Origin: an uncultured Candidatus Rokubacteria bacterium
Lineage (GTDB): Bacteria > Methylomirabilota > Methylomirabilia > Rokubacteriales > DASRDR01
Reading direction: 5' to 3'
NCBI GenBank assembly: GCA_963805625.1
Contig: CAWDVE010000016.1
Location: 352,001-416,000 of the forward strand
Length of the DNA: 64,000 nucleotides
Shown here: piece by piece, positions 19,071 through 28,196 of the stretch
Position numbering within the stretch: position 1 is the stretch's first letter
Layout: every line of letters begins with the position of its first letter
Program-made: the position numbers and the translations under genes
Notes under the pieces: generated by a model
The model's input: the letters and a program-made list of their open reading frames with translations, nothing else
Told to the model about the DNA's origin: nothing
Databases searched by the model: none

Positions 19071-20426
19071 GTGACCGAGGGACGCTACGAGGCCGTGATC
19101 GTGGGCGGGGGCATCGCCGGGCTGACTGCCGGGTGGACGCTCCGGGACCGCAAGATTGTCGTGCTCGAGGCCACCGACCGCGTCGGCGGCCGGATGCGCT
19201 CAGAGCCCCGGGGCCCCTACTGGCTCAACCTCGGCGCGCACCTGTTCGGAGGCCCCGGAACCCTCATGGACCGGCTCGTGACGGAGACGGGCCTCGAGAC
19301 GCGGCGCATCCCGGGCAACCGGATGGGGCTCGCGTTCCGGGGCCACGTGGTCGCGAGCGGGCGTCCCGAGACCTATCCCTTCCGCCTCCCCCTGTCGTGG
19401 GGGGCGCGCCTGTCCTTCGTGCGGGCTGGCCTTCGGCTTCGCGCGGCGGCCCAGGAGCACATTCGCGCCGTGCGTCCCCGTCCGGGAGAGACGGCGATAG
19501 AAAAGCGCGCCCGTGTGCTCGCTCACCGGGACGACCAGAGCTTCGCCGCGTACCTGGGCGACCTCCACCCCGACGTCGCCGCGATCTTCCGCGCCATTTC
19601 CGAGCGCGTCACGGCCGAGCCCGAGCAGATCTCGGCCGGCTGCGGCGCGGCGCTCTTCGCGCTCGTATGGGGCGACGACCAGACAGGGTCGGCCCGCAAT
19701 CTGATCGGCGGGTCGGAGCTCCTGCCGCAAGCGCTGGCGCATCGGCTGGGCGAGCGGGTCCTGACGGGCGCGGCTGTCGAGGAGGTGGCGCCCCACGCGG
19801 ACGGCGTGCGGGTGCGGTTCCTTCGTCAGGGCGCTCCGGTGGACGTCTCGGCCGACTACGCGATCGTGGCGACGCCGTCCTACGTCACGCACCGGATCAT
19901 CAAGGGTCTGCCACGCGACATGGCAGAGGCCCTGGCGTCGATCCCTTACGGACCGTTCATCTGTGGCGCCTTCCTCACCGAGGAGTCGGGGCCCATGCCC
20001 TGGGATCACATCTACGCCATCGCCGTGGTCGACAAGTCGTTCAACATGCTCTTCAACCACGCCAACCCGCTCCGGACGCCGGATAAGCGGGAGCCGGGCG
20101 GCAGCCTCATGGTCTACGCGGGGGGCGACCGGGGAAGGCGCCTCCTGCCGCTGCCGAACGACGAGATCCGCGCGCTCTTCCTGCGAGACCTCCATGACGT
20201 GTTGCCGGCCACGCGCGGCATCGTCCGGGAGGTTCTGATCCAGCGCTGGGAGCAGGCGATCCCCTACGCGCCGCCGGGGCGCGCCCGGATCCAGCCCCTG
20301 CTCAGTCGGCCGCTCGGTCGGGTCTTCCTGGCCGGGGACTACCTGGAGTTCCCGGAGATGGAAGCGGCGGCCGCCACGGGTCTCGAGGCAGCCCAGGAGG
20401 TCCGCCGGCGGCTCGGCGCGCCCTGA
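19071..20426 (+). CDS. Flavin-dependent amine oxidase / protoporphyrinogen oxidase family protein
   Basis: IVGGGIAGL, EATDRVGGR, NLGAH, FLAGDY; GTG start after GGAGG. Confidence 0.85.
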   Translation: MTEGRYEAVIVGGGIAGLTAGWTLRDRKIVVLEATDRVGGRMRSEPRGPYWLNLGAHLFGGPGTLMDRLVTETGLETRRIPGNRMGLAFRGHVVASGRPETYPFRLPLSWGARLSFVRAGLRLRAAAQEHIRAVRPRPGETAIEKRARVLAHRDDQSFAAYLGDLHPDVAAIFRAISERVTAEPEQISAGCGAALFALVWGDDQTGSARNLIGGSELLPQALAHRLGERVLTGAAVEEVAPHADGVRVRFLRQGAPVDVSADYAIVATPSYVTHRIIKGLPRDMAEALASIPYGPFICGAFLTEESGPMPWDHIYAIAVVDKSFNMLFNHANPLRTPDKREPGGSLMVYAGGDRGRRLLPLPNDEIRALFLRDLHDVLPATRGIVREVLIQRWEQAIPYAPPGRARIQPLLSRPLGRVFLAGDYLEFPEMEAAAATGLEAAQEVRRRLGAP

Positions 20427-20443
20427 CCGCAGAACTGCGGCAG

Positions 20444-20472
20444 TTGACGCGTCTCAAGATTCTGGCTATATT
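20444..20472 (+). promoter_or_regulatory. Sigma70-type promoter of the toxin-antitoxin operon
   Basis: TTGACG-17 nt-TATATT, 8 nt upstream of the toxin ATG; ATTCTGGC direct repeats overlap it. Confidence 0.7.
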
Positions 20473-20480
20473 CTGGCCAG

Positions 20481-20792
20481 ATGCGGTACCAGGTCGTCTT
20501 GGCTCCCGAGGCGGCCAGAGCCTACGGAGCCCTGCCGGCTTACCGTCGGGCTGAGGTGCGGGACGCCCTTGAACGCCACTTGCGGCACGAACCGACGCGG
20601 GTGAGCAAGAGCCGGATCAAGCGCCTGCGTGGCGTAAGCCGACCGCAGTATCGCCTCAGGATCGGGGAGGTGCGGGTTTTCTATGACGTCACGGACAAAG
20701 CCGTCGAAATCCTCGCGATCGTCACGAAAGCCGACGCGCCGCGCTGGCTCGACCAGCACGGTTCGCCCGATGCGCCAGGTGGCGCTGGCTGA
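20481..20792 (+). CDS. Type II toxin, RelE/ParE family
   Basis: IKRLRG..PQYRLRIGEVRVFYDV motif, 103 aa. Confidence 0.88.
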   Translation: MRYQVVLAPEAARAYGALPAYRRAEVRDALERHLRHEPTRVSKSRIKRLRGVSRPQYRLRIGEVRVFYDVTDKAVEILAIVTKADAPRWLDQHGSPDAPGGAG

Positions 20793-21015
20793 GGTCAAGG
20801 ACGACCTATCGCGATTCCTGCGTCTGGCGGAGTCGGAGGAGATTGTCATCACGCGCCATGGCAGGCCGGCCGGCGTGCTGATCGGATTCGAAGGGGAGGA
20901 AGACTGGTTCGACTATCGCCTAGAGCACCATCCCGAGTTCCTGCGCCGAGTGACCGAAGCGCGTGACGCCCTCAGGGAGGGTCGCGGCATTCGCCTCGAA
21001 GATCTGCCGTCCTGA
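20770..21015 (+). CDS. Type II antitoxin, Phd/YefM family
   Basis: EVKDDLSRFLRLAESEEIVITRHGRPAGVL. Confidence 0.9.
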   Translation: MRQVALAEVKDDLSRFLRLAESEEIVITRHGRPAGVLIGFEGEEDWFDYRLEHHPEFLRRVTEARDALREGRGIRLEDLPS

Positions 21016-21037
21016 TCCGGTGTTTCTGGCTTCGGGT

Positions 21038-21118
21038 GCGGACAGACGGAAGAACGGCGAGTGGTTCGAGTTGACTGCTAAGGATGTCGCCGCCTTCAAG
21101 AGACGCAGGTTCATGTGA
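21038..21118 (+). pseudogene. C-terminal remnant of a GIY-YIG (T5orf172/MUG113-like) nuclease gene
   Basis: ADRRKNGEWFELTAKDVAAFKRRRFM* with no upstream start; GEWF motif. Confidence 0.6.
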
Positions 21119-21147
21119 CGTGGGCTCGTCCAAAGCGGCGACGCGTC

Positions 21148-21579
21148 TCACGGTCGCACCGCTGGTGGGGACGTCTCGGCGGGGCAGGGGCCGGCGCGCT
21201 CCAGATAGTCGATCAAATCCCGCCGGTCCTCGGGGGCCGCGAGACCCGGGATCCACATCGCGGTGCCGGGCACGAGGCGCTGTGGGTCGACGAGGAACGC
21301 GTCCAGGGTCGCGCGCGTCCAGACGAGCCCGCGCGCGGCGCCAGCGTCGATCATGGCAGGCGAAAAGTCAAATCCGGGCTGGGTGCCGGCCCGCCGCCCG
21401 AGCAGGCACAGGAGGCTGGGCCCCGACAGTCGGTTCGCTCCCACCTCGACGGAGTGGCAGGCGTAGCAACGCAGGAACACCCGCTCACCGTGGATCGGGT
21501 CGGCGCCGAGGGAGAGCGGGAACCGAAGCAGCGCGACGAGCGCGAGGAGCAGGAGGCCGCTGCCGGCGGCGCGGATCAC
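21148..21579 (-). CDS. Class I c-type cytochrome (cytochrome c2-like)
   Basis: Signal peptide, CYACH heme motif, GPSL, LVPGTAM; GTGA overlap with the upstream gene. Confidence 0.9.
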   Translation of the reverse strand: MIRAAGSGLLLLALVALLRFPLSLGADPIHGERVFLRCYACHSVEVGANRLSGPSLLCLLGRRAGTQPGFDFSPAMIDAGAARGLVWTRATLDAFLVDPQRLVPGTAMWIPGLAAPEDRRDLIDYLERAGPCPAETSPPAVRP

Positions 21580-22547
21580 TTGCGCCGGAAGACGACGAGC
21601 CGGTCGACGCCGGACTCGGGGGCCCAGACCTCGCCAGGGCGGCCGAGGATCTGGCGGACGTTCGCCCCCCGGCGGTCGCTTGGGAACACCTCGAACCGCT
21701 CCGTGTCGGGGTCGAAGCGCACCATCGCGTTGGCGCTCCACTCGCTCAGCCAGACCTTATCCTGGTCGTCGACGTAAACCGCGTAGGTCTGGGGCCGGTC
21801 GCCCGGCAACCGCCACGCCTTCCAGGCGCCGGTGCGAGGGTCGTAGCGGCTGACCTGGCCGGAATTCCACTCGCTGACCCAGATCTGGCCGCGTGAGTCG
21901 GACCAGACGCGCCGCGCGCCCTGGCTCCTGGTCGGCGGCTCGATGACCGTCGCCGCGCCGGTCTCGACGTCGACCCGCGCGATGTGGCTGCCGGCGAGGG
22001 AGGCGTAGTACACGGCGCCGTCCGGGGTGGTGGTGATGCCGTACGGCCCGCGACCGCGCGGCGCGTCCCAGACCTGCATCGCGCCGCTTTTCGGGTCGAG
22101 GCGGCCGTAGATCCCGTTCTGGCCGGTGAACCAGATCCGGCCCTGCTTATCGAACGTGGCGGTGTTCAGGTTGACGTAGCCGCGCGCTTCGGGCAGCGGC
22201 CAGCGCGTCACCTCGCGCGTGTTCGGATCGACCCGGACGATCGCGTTGGTCCCGCCCTCGGTGATCCACGGCGCCCCGTCCGGGCCGATGATCACGCCGT
22301 GGGGCGCCGCCCCGGCGCCGAGCCGGATGAGCTCGACCTTGCCTGTCGCGGGATCCAGGCGCCCGAGCGCGGCGTTGCGCTGCGCCGTGTACCACACGAT
22401 GCCGTCGGCGCCGACGGCGAGGTCGTGCGGGCTCCCGCCTCCCGCGGGCAGGGCGTACGACTGGGTGACGATCTCGGCCGAGGCGGCGGCTGGCAGGAGC
22501 GCGAGGCCGGTGAGGAGCACGAGCAGCGCGCGTGGCACGAGGCGCAT
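21576..22547 (-). CDS. Secreted Vgb (virginiamycin B lyase)-like beta-propeller protein
   Basis: Repeated PHD/PHG/PYG..DG.VW[YF] blades, signal peptide, GGGAGG RBS. Confidence 0.85.
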   Translation of the reverse strand: MRLVPRALLVLLTGLALLPAAASAEIVTQSYALPAGGGSPHDLAVGADGIVWYTAQRNAALGRLDPATGKVELIRLGAGAAPHGVIIGPDGAPWITEGGTNAIVRVDPNTREVTRWPLPEARGYVNLNTATFDKQGRIWFTGQNGIYGRLDPKSGAMQVWDAPRGRGPYGITTTPDGAVYYASLAGSHIARVDVETGAATVIEPPTRSQGARRVWSDSRGQIWVSEWNSGQVSRYDPRTGAWKAWRLPGDRPQTYAVYVDDQDKVWLSEWSANAMVRFDPDTERFEVFPSDRRGANVRQILGRPGEVWAPESGVDRLVVFRRK

Positions 22548-22642
22548 GGTGACCTCCCTCTCGACACGATGGACGCTCTCACCATGCCATCTCGGTCGCG
22601 CGCGGGCAAGCGTGGCTGACCGCTGGATGCCCCGAGCCTCCG

Positions 22643-23638
22643 TCACTCGTCGTCGTCCAGCGAGATGAGATCCGCCGGCGGGAGGGGCTGGCCGTCCAGG
22701 ACGCGCTGAATGTTCCGGAACGCGTGGCGGGCGACGTTCGCCACGTTGTCGAAGGCGGAGCCGGCGACGTGGGGCGCCAGCACGAGACCCGGGGCGCGGA
22801 CGCGAAGAAGCGGATGATCGGGCGAAGGCGGCTCTCCGCCGAAGACGTCGATGCCCGCGCCGCCCAGTGCCCCGGACTCGAGCGCCTCGGCCAACGCGAC
22901 CTCGTCCACGATCTCGCCACGCGCCGTGTTGATGACGATCGCCCCGGGCCGGAGCCGGGCGATGCGCTCTCGCGAGAGCATGGTCCGGGTGGCGCGGGTG
23001 TAGGGAACATGCAGGCTGACGATGTCGGCCTCCGCGAGGAGCGGGTCGAGCTCCTGGAAGCGAACGCCGAGCGCCTGCTCCTCCGCCGGCGCCGGGCGCC
23101 GGATGTCGAAGTAGCGGACCTGGGTGTCGAACGCCTGGAGCCGCTTCGCAACCTGCCGGCCGATGGCGCCCAGCCCCACGAGCGCGACGAGCCGGCCCCG
23201 GAGCTGCCGGGCCTGGAGCCGCGTGTCGCCGCGGGCTCGGTGCCACTCGCCGCTGCGGAGCTGCGCTTCCCGCTCGGGCAGCCGCCGGAGCACGGCCAGC
23301 ATCAGGAGCAGTGTGAACTCGGCCACGGGCACCGCGTTGGCGCCGGCGGTGATGGCCACCGGGATCCCCCGCGTCCGCGCCGCCGCCAGGTCGATCTTGT
23401 CGACGCCGATCCCCCACTTCTGGATGAGCCGGAGCCCGGGCGCGGCCTCCATGAGGCTCGCGGGGATGGCCGAGATGCCGCCCACGAAGAACGCCGCGCC
23501 CCTCGCCAACGCCAGCCGGTCGGCGGGGTCGTTCGATGTGGCCATGCGGAGCTCCATCATCGGCGGACACTCGGCCGCGATGACGGCGCGGACCTCGGGG
23601 TCGTGCGCGTCCAGGACGACCACGACCGGCCGCGACAC
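22643..23638 (-). CDS. D-isomer-specific 2-hydroxyacid dehydrogenase
   Basis: GLGAIG, DIVSLHVP, INTARG, LAPHVAG. Confidence 0.92.
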   Translation of the reverse strand: MSRPVVVVLDAHDPEVRAVIAAECPPMMELRMATSNDPADRLALARGAAFFVGGISAIPASLMEAAPGLRLIQKWGIGVDKIDLAAARTRGIPVAITAGANAVPVAEFTLLLMLAVLRRLPEREAQLRSGEWHRARGDTRLQARQLRGRLVALVGLGAIGRQVAKRLQAFDTQVRYFDIRRPAPAEEQALGVRFQELDPLLAEADIVSLHVPYTRATRTMLSRERIARLRPGAIVINTARGEIVDEVALAEALESGALGGAGIDVFGGEPPSPDHPLLRVRAPGLVLAPHVAGSAFDNVANVARHAFRNIQRVLDGQPLPPADLISLDDDE

Positions 23639-23640
23639 GG

Positions 23641-25323
23641 CTAGCCGTCCCGGCGACGCGCCGTCGTGGCGGGCACGGGGAGCTCGTCGGGGTCGATGGG
23701 GATCTCGACGACCGCCGGCTGGCCGCAGGCGAGCGCTTCGCGGACCGCGTCGCCGATCGCCTCCGGACGCTCGACGTAGTAGCCCCGGGCCCCGAACAGC
23801 TCCGCGAGCCGGTCGAACCGCGGATTCCCGAGGTCGGTTCCCACGTATCGCGCCTGGTAGAAATGCCGCTGGTACGCTTTTTCCGAGCCCCAACCGTTGT
23901 TGTTGAGCACGAGCGCGACGGCGGGAATCCCGTGCCGCACGGCGGTCTCGAGCTCCTGCGCGTTCATCAGAAAGCCGCCATCGCCGTGGATGGCGAGCGC
24001 CGGGGCCTCGGGGCGGCCGAGCTTGGCCCCGAGCGCCGCCGGGAAGGCGAAGCCGAGCCCGCCCAGGTCGAGCGGGGTGAGGAAGGTCCGAGGTCGGACG
24101 AACTGGAGCCGGTCGTAGCCGTACGCGGGAGCCGCGCCAGCGTCCAGCGTGACGATCGTGTCGGGCGGAAGCGCCCGCCTGAGCTCGGCGTAGACCCGCT
24201 GCGGCTTCACGGGGACGGCGTCGAGCGTCGCCTCGCCGAGAAGCCGCGCCTGGCGCCGTGCCCTGAGCTCCCGGATCTCGCCTTGCCAGGCTCCGGAGGT
24301 CGGGCCGACACGGTCTCCTGCGAGCCCTTCCAGGAGAGCGGCGAGCGTCTCGCGCGCGTCGGCTTGGATCCCCACCGCGACGGGATAGACGCGGCCGATG
24401 TCCCGGCTGTCGACGTCGACCTGGACGATCGCCGTCCCCGGCTGGATGTAGCGCCCGTCGTAGAAGCTGGTGAACTGCCCGAGACGCGAGCCCACGACCA
24501 GCAGGAGGTCGGCCCGGCGACACGCCTGGGCAGCCTCGGGGGAGCCCGCCCGGCCGAGCGGGCCCACGTAGAGCGGATCGTCGTTGGGCACGGCGTCGTT
24601 CCGGCCATACGCCGTGATGACCGGCAACCCGTGGCTGGCTGAGAGACGGGTGACGAGATCCGTCGCCCCCGCCCAGGTCACGCCGCCCCCGGCAATGAGG
24701 AGCGGGCGCTGGGCCCGCGCGAGGCGGCGCACTGCCTCACGGACCGCCTCCGGATGAGGCGGTGTCGGGTGAGTCGGGCGGTACGCCTCGGGGGCGAGGA
24801 GTTCCATCCGCACGACCTGGTCGTTCAGCACGTCCCGCGGGATGTCGACGAACACCGGTCCCCGGCGCCCTGTCATCGCGGTGCGAAACGCGAGCCGGAG
24901 CAGGTCCGGGATCCGAGCCGGCTGGGTCACCTGGATCGACAGCTTCGTCACCGGCCGGAAGAGCGCCACGAGGTCGAGCTCCTGGAAGGCGTCTCGCCCT
25001 TCCAGCCCGAGCGCGGAGCCGCCGGCGATCGCCACGACGGGCGAGTGCGCCACATGGGCCCCCGCGATGCCGGTGATGAGGTTCGTCGCGCCGGGTCCGC
25101 TCGTCACCAGGCACACGGCTGGCATGCCGGTGACCCGCGCGAGACCGTCGGCCATGAAGGCGCCGCCCTGCTCGTGACGGACGTTCACGTACTCCACGCT
25201 CTTGTCATCGTGGAGGACGTCCAGCACGTCGAGGAAGGTCGAGCCGACGATCCCGAAGACGTGCCGCACCCCCTCGGCCTTCAGGAGCTCGACGACGGCC
25301 CGGCCGGCGCTCATCTCGGTCAC
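23641..25323 (-). CDS. ThDP-dependent enzyme (acetolactate synthase / sulfoacetaldehyde acetyltransferase-like)
   Basis: VRHEQGGAFMADG, SGPGATN, GDGGFLM..LNNNGWG ThDP motif. Confidence 0.9.
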   Translation of the reverse strand: MTEMSAGRAVVELLKAEGVRHVFGIVGSTFLDVLDVLHDDKSVEYVNVRHEQGGAFMADGLARVTGMPAVCLVTSGPGATNLITGIAGAHVAHSPVVAIAGGSALGLEGRDAFQELDLVALFRPVTKLSIQVTQPARIPDLLRLAFRTAMTGRRGPVFVDIPRDVLNDQVVRMELLAPEAYRPTHPTPPHPEAVREAVRRLARAQRPLLIAGGGVTWAGATDLVTRLSASHGLPVITAYGRNDAVPNDDPLYVGPLGRAGSPEAAQACRRADLLLVVGSRLGQFTSFYDGRYIQPGTAIVQVDVDSRDIGRVYPVAVGIQADARETLAALLEGLAGDRVGPTSGAWQGEIRELRARRQARLLGEATLDAVPVKPQRVYAELRRALPPDTIVTLDAGAAPAYGYDRLQFVRPRTFLTPLDLGGLGFAFPAALGAKLGRPEAPALAIHGDGGFLMNAQELETAVRHGIPAVALVLNNNGWGSEKAYQRHFYQARYVGTDLGNPRFDRLAELFGARGYYVERPEAIGDAVREALACGQPAVVEIPIDPDELPVPATTARRRDG

Positions 25324-26090
25324 GGGCGGTGGCCCTCCGTGGCGCCGCCGCCCGCCAGCTCGAGGCCTTCGGGCCAGCGGTCCCTCGGCTCGTAGCCGAG
25401 CAGCGCCCGGGCCGGCCCGAGGTCGTAGCGTGGGGATCCGGCGGGCCGGCTCGTGGCGTGCACCACCGCGAAGGGCGGCGCGGGCTCCAGTTCCACCGCC
25501 GCCGCGAAGCAGCGGCCGGCGTCGCCCGGGCTCAGATAGCTGTCCTTTCCGTACGGGTTCTGCGCGAGCTCCGCGGCGTGCGCCGGATCGCGGGGGCACC
25601 AGCCGCAGCGGATCACGAGGACGTGGAGACTGTGGACGTGTGCGTAGACGTGACCTGCCGCCTCCAGGAGCACCTTGGTGGCCGCGTACCAGTTTCGCGG
25701 CGACACCGGCGTCTCGGGCGTGATCGGGAACGGTCCCGGATGGCCGCGAAAGAGCTGGCCGGTGCTCGCGAGGATGACGCGCCTGACGCTGCTCTGGCGC
25801 GCTGCTTCGAGGGCATGGTAGAGGCCCACGACGTTGTTCGGCAGGAGCTCGGTCAGGAAATCGGCCTCGTCGGGTGTGGCGGCCAGGTGGACCAGCGTCT
25901 CGGCCCCGGCTATCGCGCGCGCAAGGTCGGCCGGCCTCGTGAGGTCCCCCTCGATCGACTCCGGGAGGCCGGGGGTCACGACCCGATCGAAGCCCCGCAC
26001 CCGGTGACCGCGGGCGAGGAGCGCCGCCGACACCGCCCGGCCCAGGCGCCCGGCCGACCCCGTGACCAGGACCGTTCTCGCGCGGGCCAT
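25320..26090 (-). CDS. NAD-dependent epimerase/dehydratase (uronate dehydrogenase-like SDR)
   Basis: VTGSAGRLG, VHLAA, YAATK. Confidence 0.85.
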   Translation of the reverse strand: MARARTVLVTGSAGRLGRAVSAALLARGHRVRGFDRVVTPGLPESIEGDLTRPADLARAIAGAETLVHLAATPDEADFLTELLPNNVVGLYHALEAARQSSVRRVILASTGQLFRGHPGPFPITPETPVSPRNWYAATKVLLEAAGHVYAHVHSLHVLVIRCGWCPRDPAHAAELAQNPYGKDSYLSPGDAGRCFAAAVELEPAPPFAVVHATSRPAGSPRYDLGPARALLGYEPRDRWPEGLELAGGGATEGHRP

Positions 26091-27169
26091 CAGGGTGCTG
26101 CCGGCGTGGGCGGTGGGGCGGGGGCGGCCGCCGCGCGGCCGCCCGGCGCCGGGGCCTCGTCGAACGCCACGCTCATCTCGCGCGCCGGCACCGCGGGCGC
26201 GTCCCGGTACAGGAAGCAGGACACCACGCGCCGAGGCTCGGACCGGAACAGCGGTGGCGCCGAGGCCCGGCACGCTGGCATGGCCGAGGGGCAGCGGTCC
26301 TCGAAGAGACAGCCCAACGCGCCCGCGGCGGGGCGCGAACTCGCCAAGACCGGCGAGCTGTCGGCCGTCCATGTCCGCTCGGTGCCCGGCAGGGGGATCG
26401 AGCCGACGAGGAGCCGCGTGTACGGGTGCCGCGGGTCCTTGACGACCAGCTCCACGTCGCCGGCCTCCACCACGGCGCCGCGGTACAGCACGATGATGTT
26501 CTCCGCGATCTGGTACGCGGTCGCCAGGTCGTGCGTGATGTAGATCACGGGGATCTGGAGGTCGAGCGTCATCTGACGGAGCGCTCCGAGGATCGTGGCC
26601 CGGAGCGAGGCGTCCACCATCGACACGGGCTCGTCGGCGAGGATGACGCGCGGCCGCAGGAGCAGCGCGCGCGCCACCATGACGCGCTGACGCTGGCCTC
26701 CCGAGAGCTGATGCGGGAATCGCCCCAGCGTCTCGTCAGGGCGAAGCCCCACCGCGCGGAGCGCGTCCTCGATCAGGGCCCGGGCGCCGGCGCGGGACGT
26801 CGCCAGCCTGAACTTGGCGACCGGCACCGTCAGGACGTGGTCCACCCGGTAGAACGGGTTGTAGACCTCGTACGGGTCCTGGAAGACCGCCTGGATCTCG
26901 CGCCGGAAGGTCCGCCACTCCGCCCGCGACATGGCGGTGAGATCGTGCCCACGATAGGAGACCTGGCCCTCCGTTGGCGTCAGGAGGCCGAGCAGGAGGC
27001 GCGCCAGCGTGGTCTTGCCGCTGCCGCTCTCGCCGACCACGGCGGTGACGGACGGGCGGCCCTCGGCCAGGCCGAGCGAGAAGTGGCGGAGGGCGACGGT
27101 GTGCCGTCGATCGAGGAGTCCGCCGCCGAAGCTCTTGGTCACCTCACGCGCTTCGAGGAGCGGCGTCAT
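26090..27169 (-). CDS. Oligopeptide-type ABC ATPase (OppF-like)
   Basis: GESGSGKTT, PHQLSGGQRQR, HPYT. Confidence 0.93.
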   Translation of the reverse strand: MTPLLEAREVTKSFGGGLLDRRHTVALRHFSLGLAEGRPSVTAVVGESGSGKTTLARLLLGLLTPTEGQVSYRGHDLTAMSRAEWRTFRREIQAVFQDPYEVYNPFYRVDHVLTVPVAKFRLATSRAGARALIEDALRAVGLRPDETLGRFPHQLSGGQRQRVMVARALLLRPRVILADEPVSMVDASLRATILGALRQMTLDLQIPVIYITHDLATAYQIAENIIVLYRGAVVEAGDVELVVKDPRHPYTRLLVGSIPLPGTERTWTADSSPVLASSRPAAGALGCLFEDRCPSAMPACRASAPPLFRSEPRRVVSCFLYRDAPAVPAREMSVAFDEAPAPGGRAAAAPAPPPTPAAP

Positions 27170-27175
27170 CGCGCC

Positions 27176-28132
27176 CTACGCAAGGTGACAGGCGACCCAG
27201 ACGCCGGGCCGTGCCTCGCGGAGCGCGGGGATCTCGCTCCGGCAGCGGTCCACGGCGAGCGGGCAGCGAGGATGGAACGCGCAGCCGGGCGGGAGGTCGC
27301 GGAGCGGCGGCGGGAGCCCCGGGATTCCCTGGAAGACGCCTTTCCGCACGAGAGACGGCAGGCTCGCGATCAGCATCCGCGTGTACGGATGGAGCGGCGC
27401 CGCGAAGACATTGCGGACCGGCGAGATCTCGACCAGCCGGCCCGCGTACATGACGCCGAGGCGATCCACGAACTGGGCCATCAGCCCCATGTCGTGGCCC
27501 ACCAGGATGACGGCGGCGCCCAGCTCGGTCTGGGCGCGGGCCAGCGTGTCCATGACCTGCCGCTGCACGACCACGTCCAGCGCGCTGGTGGGCTCGTCGG
27601 CCACGATCACCCTGGGGGAGAGGCTCACGGCGATCGCGATACAGGCCCGCTGCTTCATGCCGCCGCTCAGCTGGTGCGGGAACATGCCGGCGACCTCCGG
27701 GTCGAGGCCGACGCGCGGGAGGAGATCTCGCAGCCGGTCGCCGAGCTGCCGCTCCGTGGCTTCCACGCCATGGTCGCGGAGGGCGTCGGCGATCTGGTCG
27801 CGGATCCTGAGCACGGGATTGAGCGAGTTCATCGAGCCCTGCGGGACCAGGGCGATCCGGGCCAACCGGAGCCGCCGCATCTCCTCGTCGGAGAGGGTCA
27901 TGAGGTCGCGCCCATCGAGCCACACCGAGCCGGCCTCGATGCGGCCGGGTGGCTTGATGAGACGCAGGAGCGCGAGCGCCATCGTCGACTTGCCGGAGCC
28001 CGACTCCCCGGCAATGCCGAGGCGCTCGCCTGGCCGCAAGCCGAACGTGATGCCGTCGGTCGCCCGAACGGCGCCCCCGGGTGTGTGATACCGCACCGAG
28101 AGGCCCTCGACCCGGAGGACGTCCCCGCTCAC
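27176..28132 (-). CDS. Oligopeptide-type ABC ATPase (OppD-like)
   Basis: GESGSGKST, LSGGMKQR, GCAFHPRC. Confidence 0.93.
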   Translation of the reverse strand: MSGDVLRVEGLSVRYHTPGGAVRATDGITFGLRPGERLGIAGESGSGKSTMALALLRLIKPPGRIEAGSVWLDGRDLMTLSDEEMRRLRLARIALVPQGSMNSLNPVLRIRDQIADALRDHGVEATERQLGDRLRDLLPRVGLDPEVAGMFPHQLSGGMKQRACIAIAVSLSPRVIVADEPTSALDVVVQRQVMDTLARAQTELGAAVILVGHDMGLMAQFVDRLGVMYAGRLVEISPVRNVFAAPLHPYTRMLIASLPSLVRKGVFQGIPGLPPPLRDLPPGCAFHPRCPLAVDRCRSEIPALREARPGVWVACHLA

Positions 28133-28196
28133 GAGTCTACCCTCGTCGCGCAGGGGTTGTGCGACGGCCTTGATCGGACGGCCGTCGGCCTGTGGG

